Below, one piece after another: positions 19,449 to 28,982 of a stretch of 64,000 nt of DNA. Origin of the DNA: an uncultured Candidatus Saccharibacteria bacterium. GTDB lineage: Bacteria > Patescibacteriota > Doudnabacteria > UBA920. Numbering within the stretch: the first letter of the stretch is position 1; every line of letters begins with the position of its first letter. The translations under genes were made by a program, and so were the position numbers. The stretch lies in assembly GCA_964600695.1 (NCBI GenBank), contig CAZRKK010000003.1:22914-86913 (forward strand), written 5' to 3'. The notes below the pieces were generated by a model. That model worked only from the letters and a program-made list of their open reading frames with translations. It made no database searches and was not told the DNA's origin.

Positions 19449-19949
19449 TTATTTTGTGGACTTTAGGTTTTGAATAACACTAACCTCTAGAATTGATCCT
19501 TTACCTGCAGGATCCTCAGTAGCGACAATCATTAAAATATTGTTGTCTTTAGAAAATAGTGCTGGAGACTTTATTGCCTCTGTATTATTGCGAACCCAAC
19601 CTAAATTTTCAAAAAAGCTAGCATATTTTACTAATGCTTTTTGAGCTGAAAGAGCAGAAGTAAATTTTCGAGTAGACTGAGTACGCCCATCATTCGTGGT
19701 GGATTCGGAGTTTTGCAAAATTTTCCCACCAGATTCACTAGGAAGATTGTCTGGGAATCCTTTTAGAGTCTGAGTTTTATTAACATCTTTAGTTTGAACC
19801 TCAAATTTTGGAGTAGTTTGATCTACTTTAGTAGTGAAGTAGTTTTTTGACCATAAAAACCAAAAAAATCCTGTTAGTATAAGTAACACGATTAAGGCAC
19901 CCACTAATAATTGCTTGTGATTAGTTTTTGGGGATACTGGATTATCCAT
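19449..19949 (-). CDS. Small N-terminally membrane-anchored protein, paralog family member 3 of 4
   Basis: TM anchor LLVGALIVLLILTGFFWFLW, then KGFPDNLPSESGGKILQNSESTTNDGRTQSTRKF...FFENLGW. Confidence 0.6.
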   Translation of the reverse strand: MDNPVSPKTNHKQLLVGALIVLLILTGFFWFLWSKNYFTTKVDQTTPKFEVQTKDVNKTQTLKGFPDNLPSESGGKILQNSESTTNDGRTQSTRKFTSALSAQKALVKYASFFENLGWVRNNTEAIKSPALFSKDNNILMIVATEDPAGKGSILEVSVIQNLKSTK

Positions 19950-20034
19950 TTGAATTTATTTTTGTTTCGATTCCGAAAATTTACTTTTTAATTATAGCAT
20001 AAAAAGATTTTTTTTGCAATAGAACTTTTAAGTT

Positions 20035-20520
20035 TTACTTTGTGAACTCTGTTAAGGTCATTGTAATAACATTAACTTTGTTATTTGGATCTAGAGCTGC
20101 AGAGATTTGTAACAGTTGGTTATCTTTTTTACCAGCAACCATTTTCACATTAGACTGATCTAAGCTATTATTTATTGTCCAACCATTGTCTTTTAAATAC
20201 TTGGTGTAGAGGGTAATATTCTGAGCTAAAGTTTTCTTACTTTCAAATTCGCGAGTAGCATTAAATCTACCGTCTCCTTCAATGGCATTAAAATTACTAG
20301 TCACTACAGCACCTACCTCTGTTGGTAAGTTGACTGGAAACTTGTCGGGCAAGGTACCTTTATCGACTTGGGTAATTTGTACAGGCTTCACCTTTTCGAC
20401 TTTGTTAATTTTTGAATTTGGCTGGAGAGGATAATTTGATAACTGAATTGCTACAAACAGTAAAGCTAGCAATGCAGCCACCATAACTACCATTTTAAAC
20501 ACAGGGTTATTTAGTTCCAT
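20035..20520 (-). CDS. Small N-terminally membrane-anchored protein, paralog family member 4 of 4
   Basis: DKFPVNLPTEVGAVVTSNFNAIEGDGRFNATREFESKKTLAQNITLYTKYLKDNGW. Confidence 0.65.
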   Translation of the reverse strand: MELNNPVFKMVVMVAALLALLFVAIQLSNYPLQPNSKINKVEKVKPVQITQVDKGTLPDKFPVNLPTEVGAVVTSNFNAIEGDGRFNATREFESKKTLAQNITLYTKYLKDNGWTINNSLDQSNVKMVAGKKDNQLLQISAALDPNNKVNVITMTLTEFTK

Positions 20521-20568
20521 TTTAGTTTTGTTAATTTTATTATTTTTTTTTAAACTTCAAATTTAAAT

Positions 20569-21300
20569 TTAGTATTGAGCTCTAGTCTTTGTACGCTTTA
20601 CTTGTAAATAGACTTTTGCGGGACTTAAAGTAGGTTCAGTTTTATTTCTACTATTACTCGAAGGTTTATTAACCAACTGTGAATACTCTGACCACCCTCC
20701 ACCATTTCTTGCCGAAGGTGTGTACTCAACCTTACCTTTACCTACGGAAATTCCAACTCTTGCATCCGAGATTAAGACACCTGCAGGCATTGGTCTAGTT
20801 TGATAATGTAACCATAAGCAATCTGGTATTTTAGTTCTACTACGGGGTGTGGAGTTCTTGCTAGCCCCGCCGCCTAAGCTAGCCCATGATGTCCATTGAA
20901 CAACTGTCTGTTCACCTGTACAATCAGACTTTTTTTCTGCCATGCTGATTCCAATTCTAAAATCTTGTTGATAGATAGCACCATTCAAGGGAGCAGAACC
21001 AACATTACCAGGATCAAAATAGATACTCGCACAGTCTGGATCCTTTGCGTTTTCATCTGTACCATAACTTGAACCACCAGGAACCGCTAAAGCGGATTCT
21101 ACTTCTTGATCTGTGCAATAATGGTCCATTAACGCAACCTTAAAACCTGTTGGAGCTAAAGCAGATGGAGTTGATGTATTCCCAGAGGAAGCATCACTAT
21201 ATTTTGGAGCTAATCTTTTTCCCTGGAACGCGTATGCAGCAGTTCCGACTAATGCAACACCAGCTAATACAAGCACTGGTAATATTAATTTTGGTTTCAT
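20569..21300 (-). CDS. Secreted hypothetical protein (243 aa) containing Cys
   Basis: Signal peptide MKPKLILPVLVLAGVALVGTAAYA. Six Cys. No recognisable domain. Confidence 0.55.
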   Translation of the reverse strand: MKPKLILPVLVLAGVALVGTAAYAFQGKRLAPKYSDASSGNTSTPSALAPTGFKVALMDHYCTDQEVESALAVPGGSSYGTDENAKDPDCASIYFDPGNVGSAPLNGAIYQQDFRIGISMAEKKSDCTGEQTVVQWTSWASLGGGASKNSTPRSRTKIPDCLWLHYQTRPMPAGVLISDARVGISVGKGKVEYTPSARNGGGWSEYSQLVNKPSSNSRNKTEPTLSPAKVYLQVKRTKTRAQY

Positions 21301-21371
21301 TTTTGGATCTTATTTTGCCAAACTTGTAAATTTATTATACCACAATATGTAAATTTCTTATTAATATTAGT

Positions 21372-21400
21372 ATTAAAGAAAAACCCTACTCACAGGAAGA
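21372..21400 (-). terminator. Rho-independent terminator immediately downstream of rpsP
   Basis: aaccctactc-acaggaa-gagtagggtt; the minus strand is followed by tttttc. Confidence 0.5.
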
Positions 21401-21415
21401 GTAGGGTTTAAAAAT

Positions 21416-21922
21416 TTATTCAGCTTTTTCTTCTGCCGATGTTTCGGGAGTTGCTTCTGGAGCGGCTTCTTCTGGCTTGGCTTCTTCAGCAGGAACTTCT
21501 TCTACTGCAACAACCATTTCTGGTTCTTCTGCAGGAGTTGCTTCTGCTGGTGTAGCTTCATCAGCTGGAGTTTCGGTAACAGCTTCATCGGCAGTAGCAG
21601 ATTCAGCTGCAGGTGCTTCTGGTTTAGCTTCTTCAGCTACAACTTCTTTTTTAGGAATAGTGAAAGATTTAGTTTTATCTGCTTTAAGGATTTCCTTAGT
21701 GACAAATAAGTTATGGACTGTAGCAGAGAGTTCAACATGCTGGTCGTTCATCCAGTAATTCAAACGGTCGTTGCTACGAATTCCTAATTCTTTAGTATGA
21801 GGATTGTAAGATCCTAAGATCTCTACAAACTTCTTTTGGTTAGCAGCGGTTTTTTGAGCTAACACTACTTTGTATTGAGCAGTGTTGCGTTTACCACCAC
21901 GTTGTAAACGAATAGTTAACAT
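21416..21922 (-). CDS. rpsP: 30S ribosomal protein S16 with an Ala/Glu/Pro-rich low-complexity C-terminal extension
   Basis: MLTIRLQRGGKRNTAQYKVVLAQKTAANQKKFVEILGSYNPH...NDRLNYWMNDQHVELSATV, followed by ~80 aa of EAKPEAPAAE-type repeats. Confidence 0.9.
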   Translation of the reverse strand: MLTIRLQRGGKRNTAQYKVVLAQKTAANQKKFVEILGSYNPHTKELGIRSNDRLNYWMNDQHVELSATVHNLFVTKEILKADKTKSFTIPKKEVVAEEAKPEAPAAESATADEAVTETPADEATPAEATPAEEPEMVVAVEEVPAEEAKPEEAAPEATPETSAEEKAE

Positions 21923-22039
21923 GGAATATAAAATTATAATAAATTAGAGTTGCTTTACTATTATTTAATCTTGAATTTCGGAGTTCAACGTTTTGACTGG
22001 TAGCTGGTTTGACGGTCCAACATGAGTCCGGATGACTTA

Positions 22040-22080
22040 GAAAATCACTTAATAAAAGTAAAAAGACTTCAATAGTCTAC
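22040..22080 (-). terminator. Bidirectional terminator between smc and rpsP
   Basis: aagacttcaa-tagtctacca-cttgaagtctt, flanked by an A-run and a T-run. Confidence 0.5.
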
Positions 22081-22116
22081 CACTTGAAGTCTTTTTGGTC
22101 AAGGCTGATTTTTTAT

Positions 22117-24750
22117 CTATTTAGCGTAAACCTTGGCTTGATCCATTTTAATAGAAAGTAATTGAGATACACCATCATCACCCATAGTCACTCCATAAAG
22201 AATATTTGCTTGTGACATTGTTTCGCGATTATGGGTAATTGTTATGAACTGAGTAGTCGAAGATAACTTTCCTAGAATTTGCCCGAATCTAATTGTATTG
22301 GCTTCGTCTAAGGCCGCATCAACTTCATCTAAAACTACGAAAGGTGAAGGGAAACAAGTTAATAAACTACATAATAAGGCTATAGATGTTAGAGATCGTT
22401 CTCCACCAGACAACGACTGAATAGAAGATAACTTCTTTCCTGGAGGTGTGGCTTTAATATCTACACCTGCAACAGCTAATGACCCCTTTTCGTATTTAGC
22501 AATAATTTTTTCTTCTGGACGAATATGTTCTTCGGCTTCCTCGGCAGCGATTTCGGCAGCTTCTTCCTTAGCTAACTCTGCATCAGCTTCTGTTAAGTTA
22601 TCTTGAGATTTTACTAAGGACAAATGTGCACGACCTCCATTGAACAACACTCTAAAATACTGTTCGAACTGTTCATTAACTTTATGGAAGGCGGTATTGA
22701 ATTTAGTTTTGATATGTTCATCGAGTTCATCCATAACTGCTCGTAAATCATCCATGCTTTTGTTCAAATCTTTTGTCTGTGATTCAAGATTAGTAAAACG
22801 ACTTTCGGTTTCGTGATACTCCTGAATAGTTAACTCGTCCACTCCACCAATGGATTCAATTTGCTTTCGTAATCTTTGAATCTTATCCGGCAAACTTGTG
22901 TCTGTATTAGTAATTTTAGCCTGCTTAATTATTTCTAAGCGTTCATGCCCAAGGTGGCTAACAATTTCTGCGACTATTCCTTCGGCTTGGGTTTCGTAAC
23001 GAGCTTTTTCTACCTGAAGTTTACTTTCTGAATCACGGATAATACTTAACTCATCTTGTTGCTTTCGAAAATTTTTATCCTCTTCAGCAATAGCTGCTTT
23101 CCAACTATTTTCTGCAGCATAAATTTGATTAAGCTTTTTTTCTAATTGATCTTGCTCTAAAGTTTTACTATCAACTTGATCTTGTAACTTTTTTTCGTCT
23201 TCCATTAATCCTGCAGAAAAACTTTCGTCGGATGTAGCAGAGACTTTTTTTAATTCTAGATCAATTTGCAACTTCTGGTTTTGCAAAGCCACTAACTGAC
23301 TTGTTAAAAATTCTCTACTTAATTTTGATTTAGAATTAACTAGAGCTAAATTACTTAACTCTTGTTGTAGAACATCTTTCTTTTTTGAAAGGTCTTGTAA
23401 TTCTTGCTGTAATTTAATAAGTTTTTGACCAGGACTAACCACTGCTTCATGAGTTGTAGATCGAAACTTATCCCATGAATTAGACAGATCGGTCGCTGCA
23501 TTTAGTACTGGAGAGACTTCTGTGGCTTGATCTAAAATCCCTAGAAAAGTTTTAAAGCTTTGGTCAAAAGAACTAACTTCTTTTTCTACAATCACCCAAT
23601 CTGCCCCTGCAGGATTATGTAAAGTATCTTGTAAATTAGAAATCTGCTGATTAATTTGTTCTATTGAAGAAGTTTGGGAAGCAATCTGTTGCTGGGATTC
23701 GGTAAAATCAGTTTCGGTTTTCGCAATCTGGTTTTCTAGTTCTTTTATTCGCTGATTAATTTTATGCAGTTCGATATTCAAACTTTCGCTATCACCACTG
23801 CTAGTTTGCATACTAGTCATCTTACCTCGCACTAAACTAATTTGTTCTAGTAAGGCATTTTTTTCGTTTTGTAAAATTTGAATTTGTTCTTGAAGTTTTT
23901 TGTAATCCCCTAAAGCTTGTTCGTTATCTTTTTCGTGTTGCTCTATTTTAGTTAAGTGACCAGACATTTTTTGTTCGATCGCTTTTCGTTGTTGCCCAAA
24001 CTCTGCTAGCTTTGTTTCGAGTCCACTAATTTGATCGTTCAAAGACCACCACTGACTTCCGAGGTGTTCTTGAAGATGAACTTTTAATTCTGTTTCAATC
24101 TCGGCACGAGCCTCCATACGTTTTGCTTGACGACGAAGTGATTTCACTCTAGGTTCTAGTTCGGTAAGTAAATCTTCGGCACGCATTAAGTTCTGTGCAG
24201 TTTGTTCGAGACGACGCAGTGTTCGTTCACGTTTTAAGTAATAGGTTTTTACACCACTAGCTTCATCAATTAAATTTTTAATTTCAGTTGGACCAGTCAA
24301 AATCATTTGGTCGATTGTTCCCTGACCAATAACTGTGTAACGAGAAGTTCCAATGTTGCTTTTGAGAACAAGGTCGATGATGTCTAGTAAACGTACTCTG
24401 GTACCATTCAAAAGATATTCACTTTCTCCACTTCGAGTAATACGACGACCGATAGCGACCTCTGCAGCATCTAAGGGAATCTTGTGATCGCGGTTATCAA
24501 ATGTGGCAATAACTTCAGCAAAGCCTGCACGCCCTTTTTTATCACTACCTGCAAAGATAACATCTTCACTTTTTTTACCACGCATAAGTTTTGCACTCTG
24601 TTCTCCAAGTACCCAACGCAAACAATCAGCGGTATTTGATTTACCGCTGCCATTTGGGCCAACAATCGCTGTAATGCCTTGGCCAAATTCTAATGTTGTT
24701 TTTTTTGCAAAGGATTTAAACCCTTGAATTTCTAGTCGTTTGAGATACAT
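22117..24750 (-). CDS. smc: Chromosome segregation protein SMC (compact, 877 aa; no canonical hinge recognisable)
   Basis: N-terminal head: MYLKRLEIQGFKSFAKKTTLEFGQGITAIVGPNGSGKSNTADCLRWVLGEQSAKLMRGKKSEDVIFAGS. C-terminal signature and Walker B: LSGGERSLTSIALLCSLL...VVLDEVDAALDE. Long coiled coils. It lies upstream of rnc, as in the Firmicutes rnc-smc arrangement. Confidence 0.8.
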   Translation of the reverse strand: MYLKRLEIQGFKSFAKKTTLEFGQGITAIVGPNGSGKSNTADCLRWVLGEQSAKLMRGKKSEDVIFAGSDKKGRAGFAEVIATFDNRDHKIPLDAAEVAIGRRITRSGESEYLLNGTRVRLLDIIDLVLKSNIGTSRYTVIGQGTIDQMILTGPTEIKNLIDEASGVKTYYLKRERTLRRLEQTAQNLMRAEDLLTELEPRVKSLRRQAKRMEARAEIETELKVHLQEHLGSQWWSLNDQISGLETKLAEFGQQRKAIEQKMSGHLTKIEQHEKDNEQALGDYKKLQEQIQILQNEKNALLEQISLVRGKMTSMQTSSGDSESLNIELHKINQRIKELENQIAKTETDFTESQQQIASQTSSIEQINQQISNLQDTLHNPAGADWVIVEKEVSSFDQSFKTFLGILDQATEVSPVLNAATDLSNSWDKFRSTTHEAVVSPGQKLIKLQQELQDLSKKKDVLQQELSNLALVNSKSKLSREFLTSQLVALQNQKLQIDLELKKVSATSDESFSAGLMEDEKKLQDQVDSKTLEQDQLEKKLNQIYAAENSWKAAIAEEDKNFRKQQDELSIIRDSESKLQVEKARYETQAEGIVAEIVSHLGHERLEIIKQAKITNTDTSLPDKIQRLRKQIESIGGVDELTIQEYHETESRFTNLESQTKDLNKSMDDLRAVMDELDEHIKTKFNTAFHKVNEQFEQYFRVLFNGGRAHLSLVKSQDNLTEADAELAKEEAAEIAAEEAEEHIRPEEKIIAKYEKGSLAVAGVDIKATPPGKKLSSIQSLSGGERSLTSIALLCSLLTCFPSPFVVLDEVDAALDEANTIRFGQILGKLSSTTQFITITHNRETMSQANILYGVTMGDDGVSQLLSIKMDQAKVYAK

Positions 24751-24979
24751 AACTCTATTTATTATATCATGCCACTAAATATACTATTTCATTGGCAAAA
24801 CTCTTAAACAATAAATACAAAAACGACTTCCTTCCACAGATAGCGGATTTTGAAAGTCGTTTTTGTAAACTTTGTGTTTGTTTGGTTACTCGGAAATCTT
24901 TCCTAAGTTCAGATTATCAAGTGAGCCAAGGTCGGTCAATCTGACTTATCCCCTTTTTGGTAAAATAGCAGCTAAAATT

Positions 24980-25663
24980 TTATTGTAATTTTTTCAAAGC
25001 ATCCTCTGCTGCAGAAACTTCTGCTTCCTGCTTGCTTGGACCTTCACCGCGACCAATTTCTTTATTGCCCTGGAAGCCAGCTACCACAAAAACCTTATCG
25101 TGATCTGGTCCACTTTCGGACATGACTTTATATGTAGGGGTAACACCATATTTATCTTGAACCATTTCTTGTAATTGACTCTTTGGATCTAAATATTTTT
25201 CTCCAGAGATGATTGATGGTAGTTCTACCAAGACTTCTTTCTCAATAAATGTTTGTGATGGGCCATAACCAAGATCTAAGTACAATGCGCCAATTAGCGC
25301 TTCGATAGTATTAGCCAAAATCACTTGTCGGGCACGACCGGTATCCTTAGCTTCCCCACGAGACATTAACAAATATTCTTCTAAGCCCATGCGCTTAGCG
25401 ATTTCGGACAACATTTTATAATTTACCAACGCGCTACGGAAGTTGGTAAGTTCACCTTCTGGATGTTCATATGTTTTGTAAAGATGTTCGGTAGCAACTA
25501 ACTCTAAAACCGCGTCACCTAAAAACTCTAAGCGTTCATTGTGAGGAAGTTCAAAGCCACGATGTTCGTTTAAGTACGAACGGTGAGTGAAAGCTGAAAT
25601 ATACAGCTCTAAATTCTTTGGTGCGAAGCCAGTTATGCCTTCGACTTGTTTTGCAGTCAACAT
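24980..25663 (-). CDS. rnc: Ribonuclease III
   Basis: ERLEFLGDAVLELVATEHLY is the RNase III signature, and a C-terminal dsRBD follows (KSQLQEMVQDKYGVTPTYKV...GRGEGPSKQEAEVSAAEDAL). Confidence 0.9.
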   Translation of the reverse strand: MLTAKQVEGITGFAPKNLELYISAFTHRSYLNEHRGFELPHNERLEFLGDAVLELVATEHLYKTYEHPEGELTNFRSALVNYKMLSEIAKRMGLEEYLLMSRGEAKDTGRARQVILANTIEALIGALYLDLGYGPSQTFIEKEVLVELPSIISGEKYLDPKSQLQEMVQDKYGVTPTYKVMSESGPDHDKVFVVAGFQGNKEIGRGEGPSKQEAEVSAAEDALKKLQ

Positions 25664-25771
25664 GAGAAACCTTTCTCAAGAATCACGAATCTTGTATCAA
25701 GCCCTACCTTTATAGTCTTGATTCCAAATTCCCAACTCTTGAATATTATTATTTAACACCTGTTTAACGAA

Positions 25772-25847
25772 TGGTGGGCGGTACAGGAGTCGAACCTGTG
25801 ACATTCACAACGTCAATGTGACGCTCTACCACCTGAGCTAACCGCCC
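25772..25847 (-). tRNA. tRNA-Val (anticodon GAC), CCA encoded
   Basis: Reverse complement GGGCGGTTAGCTCAGGTGGTAGAGCGTCACATTGACGTTGTGAATGTCACAGGTTCGACTCCTGTACCGCCCACCA folds as a cloverleaf; anticodon loop TTGACGT. Confidence 0.85.
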
Positions 25848-25922
25848 TTATCTATCTCTTAAAAACTATACTTAAAAACAGGAATCTTTGATATTTTATT
25901 ACAAAACCTCAGGTTTGTCTAC

Positions 25923-26879
25923 TTAATGGTGAAGCATTACAGGTTTAGCGGGTATAGACTCGAGAAGTTCATGACTCTCCTTAGAAACCAAAGCACCTAT
26001 CAATTGGTCAAACATAACCAACATTGCCACATTAAAAAATACATTATTAATAACCAACCACCCTAAAAACATCAGCCCAGCCACCCAAGATATGATTGTC
26101 TGACTAGCTATAACAATATTATTATTAGCAATTATATTAGGTAAAGTACTAAATAGCTCTGGTAGTTGCCAGATAATCAAACTCCCAAGAGATATCGCCA
26201 TCAAAAATATTGCTGTTAGGATAATCGTAAACCCTAAAATTTTTGGAGCTCTACCGAATAGAATATCTAATGCCAATATTGATGCTTTAGTAAAAGCCTG
26301 TTCGTACCAAAATACAAACAACACCACGAGCATATTCCAGAGAGATATCCCTATTAAGATAATTACCAAACAAAAAGTTAAAATAGTAGCTTTCCCTACA
26401 GAAAAACTTGCCATGTTTATTAAAACACGATAAAGACTTAAAACTAAAACCGTCGAACCAATTGTTATTAAACTGGCCAAACAAGTTCTTCTAATAATAG
26501 TCGTCCGAATAATTAACGAAGCAAGTTTATGCTTATCCACAAACAATCTCTTGCATAAAAAACACTTAGGTTTATTCTCTGAATGCAAGGATACATGAAT
26601 TTTTCCAAAGAACCAAAGCTTAACTAAATTAAAAACAATTAAGCCAAGTACAAAAGCAATTACCAAACCAATCATGATAATTGGTTTCTCAAAAATAACG
26701 AGGTCATAAATTGTCGAATAGTCGATAAACTTGTTGACAATGCCAACCTGTTTTAACCAAGACAATAAATACCACCAATGCAAATTAAATCCAGATGATA
26801 AAAAAATCCCTAACGCCCACAACCCAGCATGGCTTGTGGTGATCGAAAAGGATTTTTTTAATATTTGTTGAGTAGTCAT
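25923..26879 (-). CDS. Hypothetical polytopic membrane protein
   Basis: 318 aa with several hydrophobic helices. No recognisable family. Confidence 0.5.
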   Translation of the reverse strand: MTTQQILKKSFSITTSHAGLWALGIFLSSGFNLHWWYLLSWLKQVGIVNKFIDYSTIYDLVIFEKPIIMIGLVIAFVLGLIVFNLVKLWFFGKIHVSLHSENKPKCFLCKRLFVDKHKLASLIIRTTIIRRTCLASLITIGSTVLVLSLYRVLINMASFSVGKATILTFCLVIILIGISLWNMLVVLFVFWYEQAFTKASILALDILFGRAPKILGFTIILTAIFLMAISLGSLIIWQLPELFSTLPNIIANNNIVIASQTIISWVAGLMFLGWLVINNVFFNVAMLVMFDQLIGALVSKESHELLESIPAKPVMLHH

Positions 26880-26933
26880 TTTGACGGCAACTAATTGCCT
26901 AATTAGCGACTATTTTTACTTAACACTATTTTC

Positions 26934-28814
26934 TTAAGCACCTGTGACTTCTTCGGGTAAAACTTCTGTGAATTCTGGAACCTTCTTTTTAGAAGCAGGA
27001 ATGATATCATTTACAATTTCTTCAAACTGATCTTTTTCTAAAGTTTCATCTGCTACTAATCGTTCTGCAATCTTATCTAAGTAACTACGATGTTCAATCA
27101 TTAATTCTGTGGCTCGCTTTTCAGCGTCGCGCATAATACGTCGAACCTCGTCATCAATTTTTTGAGCCACTGATTCACTATAATTCTTTTGTTCACTAAT
27201 ATCGCGACCCAAGAATACGTTAGTATGATTTTCACCAAGAGTAACCGGACCAAGTTCATCACTCATTCCATACTGAGTAATTAAACTGCGAGCCATGCCT
27301 GTAGCTACTTTTAAGTCATTGCTCGCGCCAGTGGTTAACTCTCCGTAAACCAACTTTTCGGCAGCATAACCACCAAGCAAGGCAGCAATCTCATCTAAGA
27401 AACTGCCCTTTGTATGTAAGTGCTTATCTTCAATCGGAAGCTTCATAGTGTAACCAGCAGCACGGCCACGGGATAATACAGTCACCTTATGAATAGGATC
27501 AGATTCAGGTAAAACAGCTCCTACCAAGGCATGACCACCTTCATGGTAAGCAGTACGCTTCTTTTCCTCTGGAGAAAGAATATGACTCTTACGAGATGGG
27601 CCAAGCATAACTTTTTCGATGGCTTCTTTTAGCTCTTCGGTATTGATCTCTTTCTTATTAACTCGAGCTGCTAAAATAGCTGCTTCGTTAATAATGTTAG
27701 CTAGATCAGCACCAGAAAAACCTGGAGTGCGTTCGGCCACAGAGCGGAGGTCAACATCTTTTGCCATTGGCTTATTTTTGGAATGAACTTTTAGAATAGC
27801 TTCACGATCGTTGATGTCTGGTAGATCCAACACAACTTGTCTATCAAAACGTCCTGGACGAAGAAGAGCAGGGTCTAGAACATCAGGACGGTTAGTTGCT
27901 GCTACTACAATTACATTAGTATCTGTTTCGAAACCGTCCATCTCCACCAAGATTTGGTTTAGGGTTTGTTCACGTTCATCATGACCACCACCAAGACCAG
28001 CACCACGTTGACGGCCAACAGCATCGATTTCGTCGATGAACACAATACACGGAGCGTTACGTTTAGCTTTCTTAAAAAGATCACGAACACGACTTGCACC
28101 AACCCCAACAAACATTTCTACGAATTCAGATCCAGAGATATGAAAGAATGGTACATTAGCTTCTCCAGCGACTGCGCGAGCTAATAAGGTTTTACCTACA
28201 CCAGGACTTCCTAACAACAAAACACCTTTCGGAATTTTTGCACCAAGCGCTAAAAACTTTTGTGGAAATTTTAAAAATTCTACAATTTCTGATAATTCTT
28301 CTTTGGCTTCTTTGCTTCCAGCTACATCATTAAAACGAACTTTGTTCTTCATCTCGTCAGACAACTGAACTGAGGACTGACCAAAGGTTAATGCCCGATT
28401 ATTAGAACCTTGTACTTGGCGCATCAAGAAATAAATAAACAAAGCAATCAAAATAAATGGAATCAAAAACGGTAAGATTGTTCCAGCCAAAACTGTTGCA
28501 AACGATGAATTTTTAAATTCAATTTTTACTTTGCTAATTTTATCTGTACTAACTCCACTATCTATAAAGTACTGCGGAATTTCTGTATTACCACCAACTG
28601 TCGAAGATAGTTTGGTATCACTGTCTTTTACTTTGACAGTTAACGCCTCTGGACCTACTGTGATCTGTTCTACTTTTTCGTCTTTAATTAAATTAGTTAT
28701 TTCTGAAAGTGGGACATCTCGCACTTTATCATCACTGATGAAAGCGGCAATACCTACCGAGACAATCAGAAAGACAATTAATACTAATATAATGTTCTTA
28801 ATAATTTTTCCCAT
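26934..28814 (-). CDS. ftsH: ATP-dependent zinc metalloprotease FtsH
   Basis: Walker [21 protein letters not shown] second region of homology, [40 protein letters not shown], and the zinc motif [12 protein letters not shown]. Confidence 0.92.
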   Translation of the reverse strand: MGKIIKNIILVLIVFLIVSVGIAAFISDDKVRDVPLSEITNLIKDEKVEQITVGPEALTVKVKDSDTKLSSTVGGNTEIPQYFIDSGVSTDKISKVKIEFKNSSFATVLAGTILPFLIPFILIALFIYFLMRQVQGSNNRALTFGQSSVQLSDEMKNKVRFNDVAGSKEAKEELSEIVEFLKFPQKFLALGAKIPKGVLLLGSPGVGKTLLARAVAGEANVPFFHISGSEFVEMFVGVGASRVRDLFKKAKRNAPCIVFIDEIDAVGRQRGAGLGGGHDEREQTLNQILVEMDGFETDTNVIVVAATNRPDVLDPALLRPGRFDRQVVLDLPDINDREAILKVHSKNKPMAKDVDLRSVAERTPGFSGADLANIINEAAILAARVNKKEINTEELKEAIEKVMLGPSRKSHILSPEEKKRTAYHEGGHALVGAVLPESDPIHKVTVLSRGRAAGYTMKLPIEDKHLHTKGSFLDEIAALLGGYAAEKLVYGELTTGASNDLKVATGMARSLITQYGMSDELGPVTLGENHTNVFLGRDISEQKNYSESVAQKIDDEVRRIMRDAEKRATELMIEHRSYLDKIAERLVADETLEKDQFEEIVNDIIPASKKKVPEFTEVLPEEVTGA

Positions 28815-28830
28815 AATATACTTTAATAAT

Positions 28831-28917
28831 TGGTGCCGGGGAGAGGACTTGAACCTCCACGGGATTGCTCCCGCCAGCTCCTAAGGCTGGTGCGTCTGCC
28901 AATTTCGCCACCCCGGC
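28831..28917 (-). tRNA. tRNA-Leu (anticodon UAG), long variable arm, CCA encoded
   Basis: Reverse complement GCCGGGGTGGCGAAATTGGCAGACGCACCAGCCTTAGGAGCTGG...GGTTCAAGTCCTCTCCCCGGCACCA; anticodon loop CTTAGGA. Confidence 0.85.
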
Positions 28918-28982
28918 ATAAAATAAATAACCAGCATGCACTGGCTATATATTATACTAAATTCTTAGGTTTTATCAAATAG

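Noticed and set aside
21477-21758. Plus-strand 93-aa Ala/Ser-rich ORF
   Set aside because: It is the antisense image of the low-complexity GAA/GCT-rich tail of rpsP.
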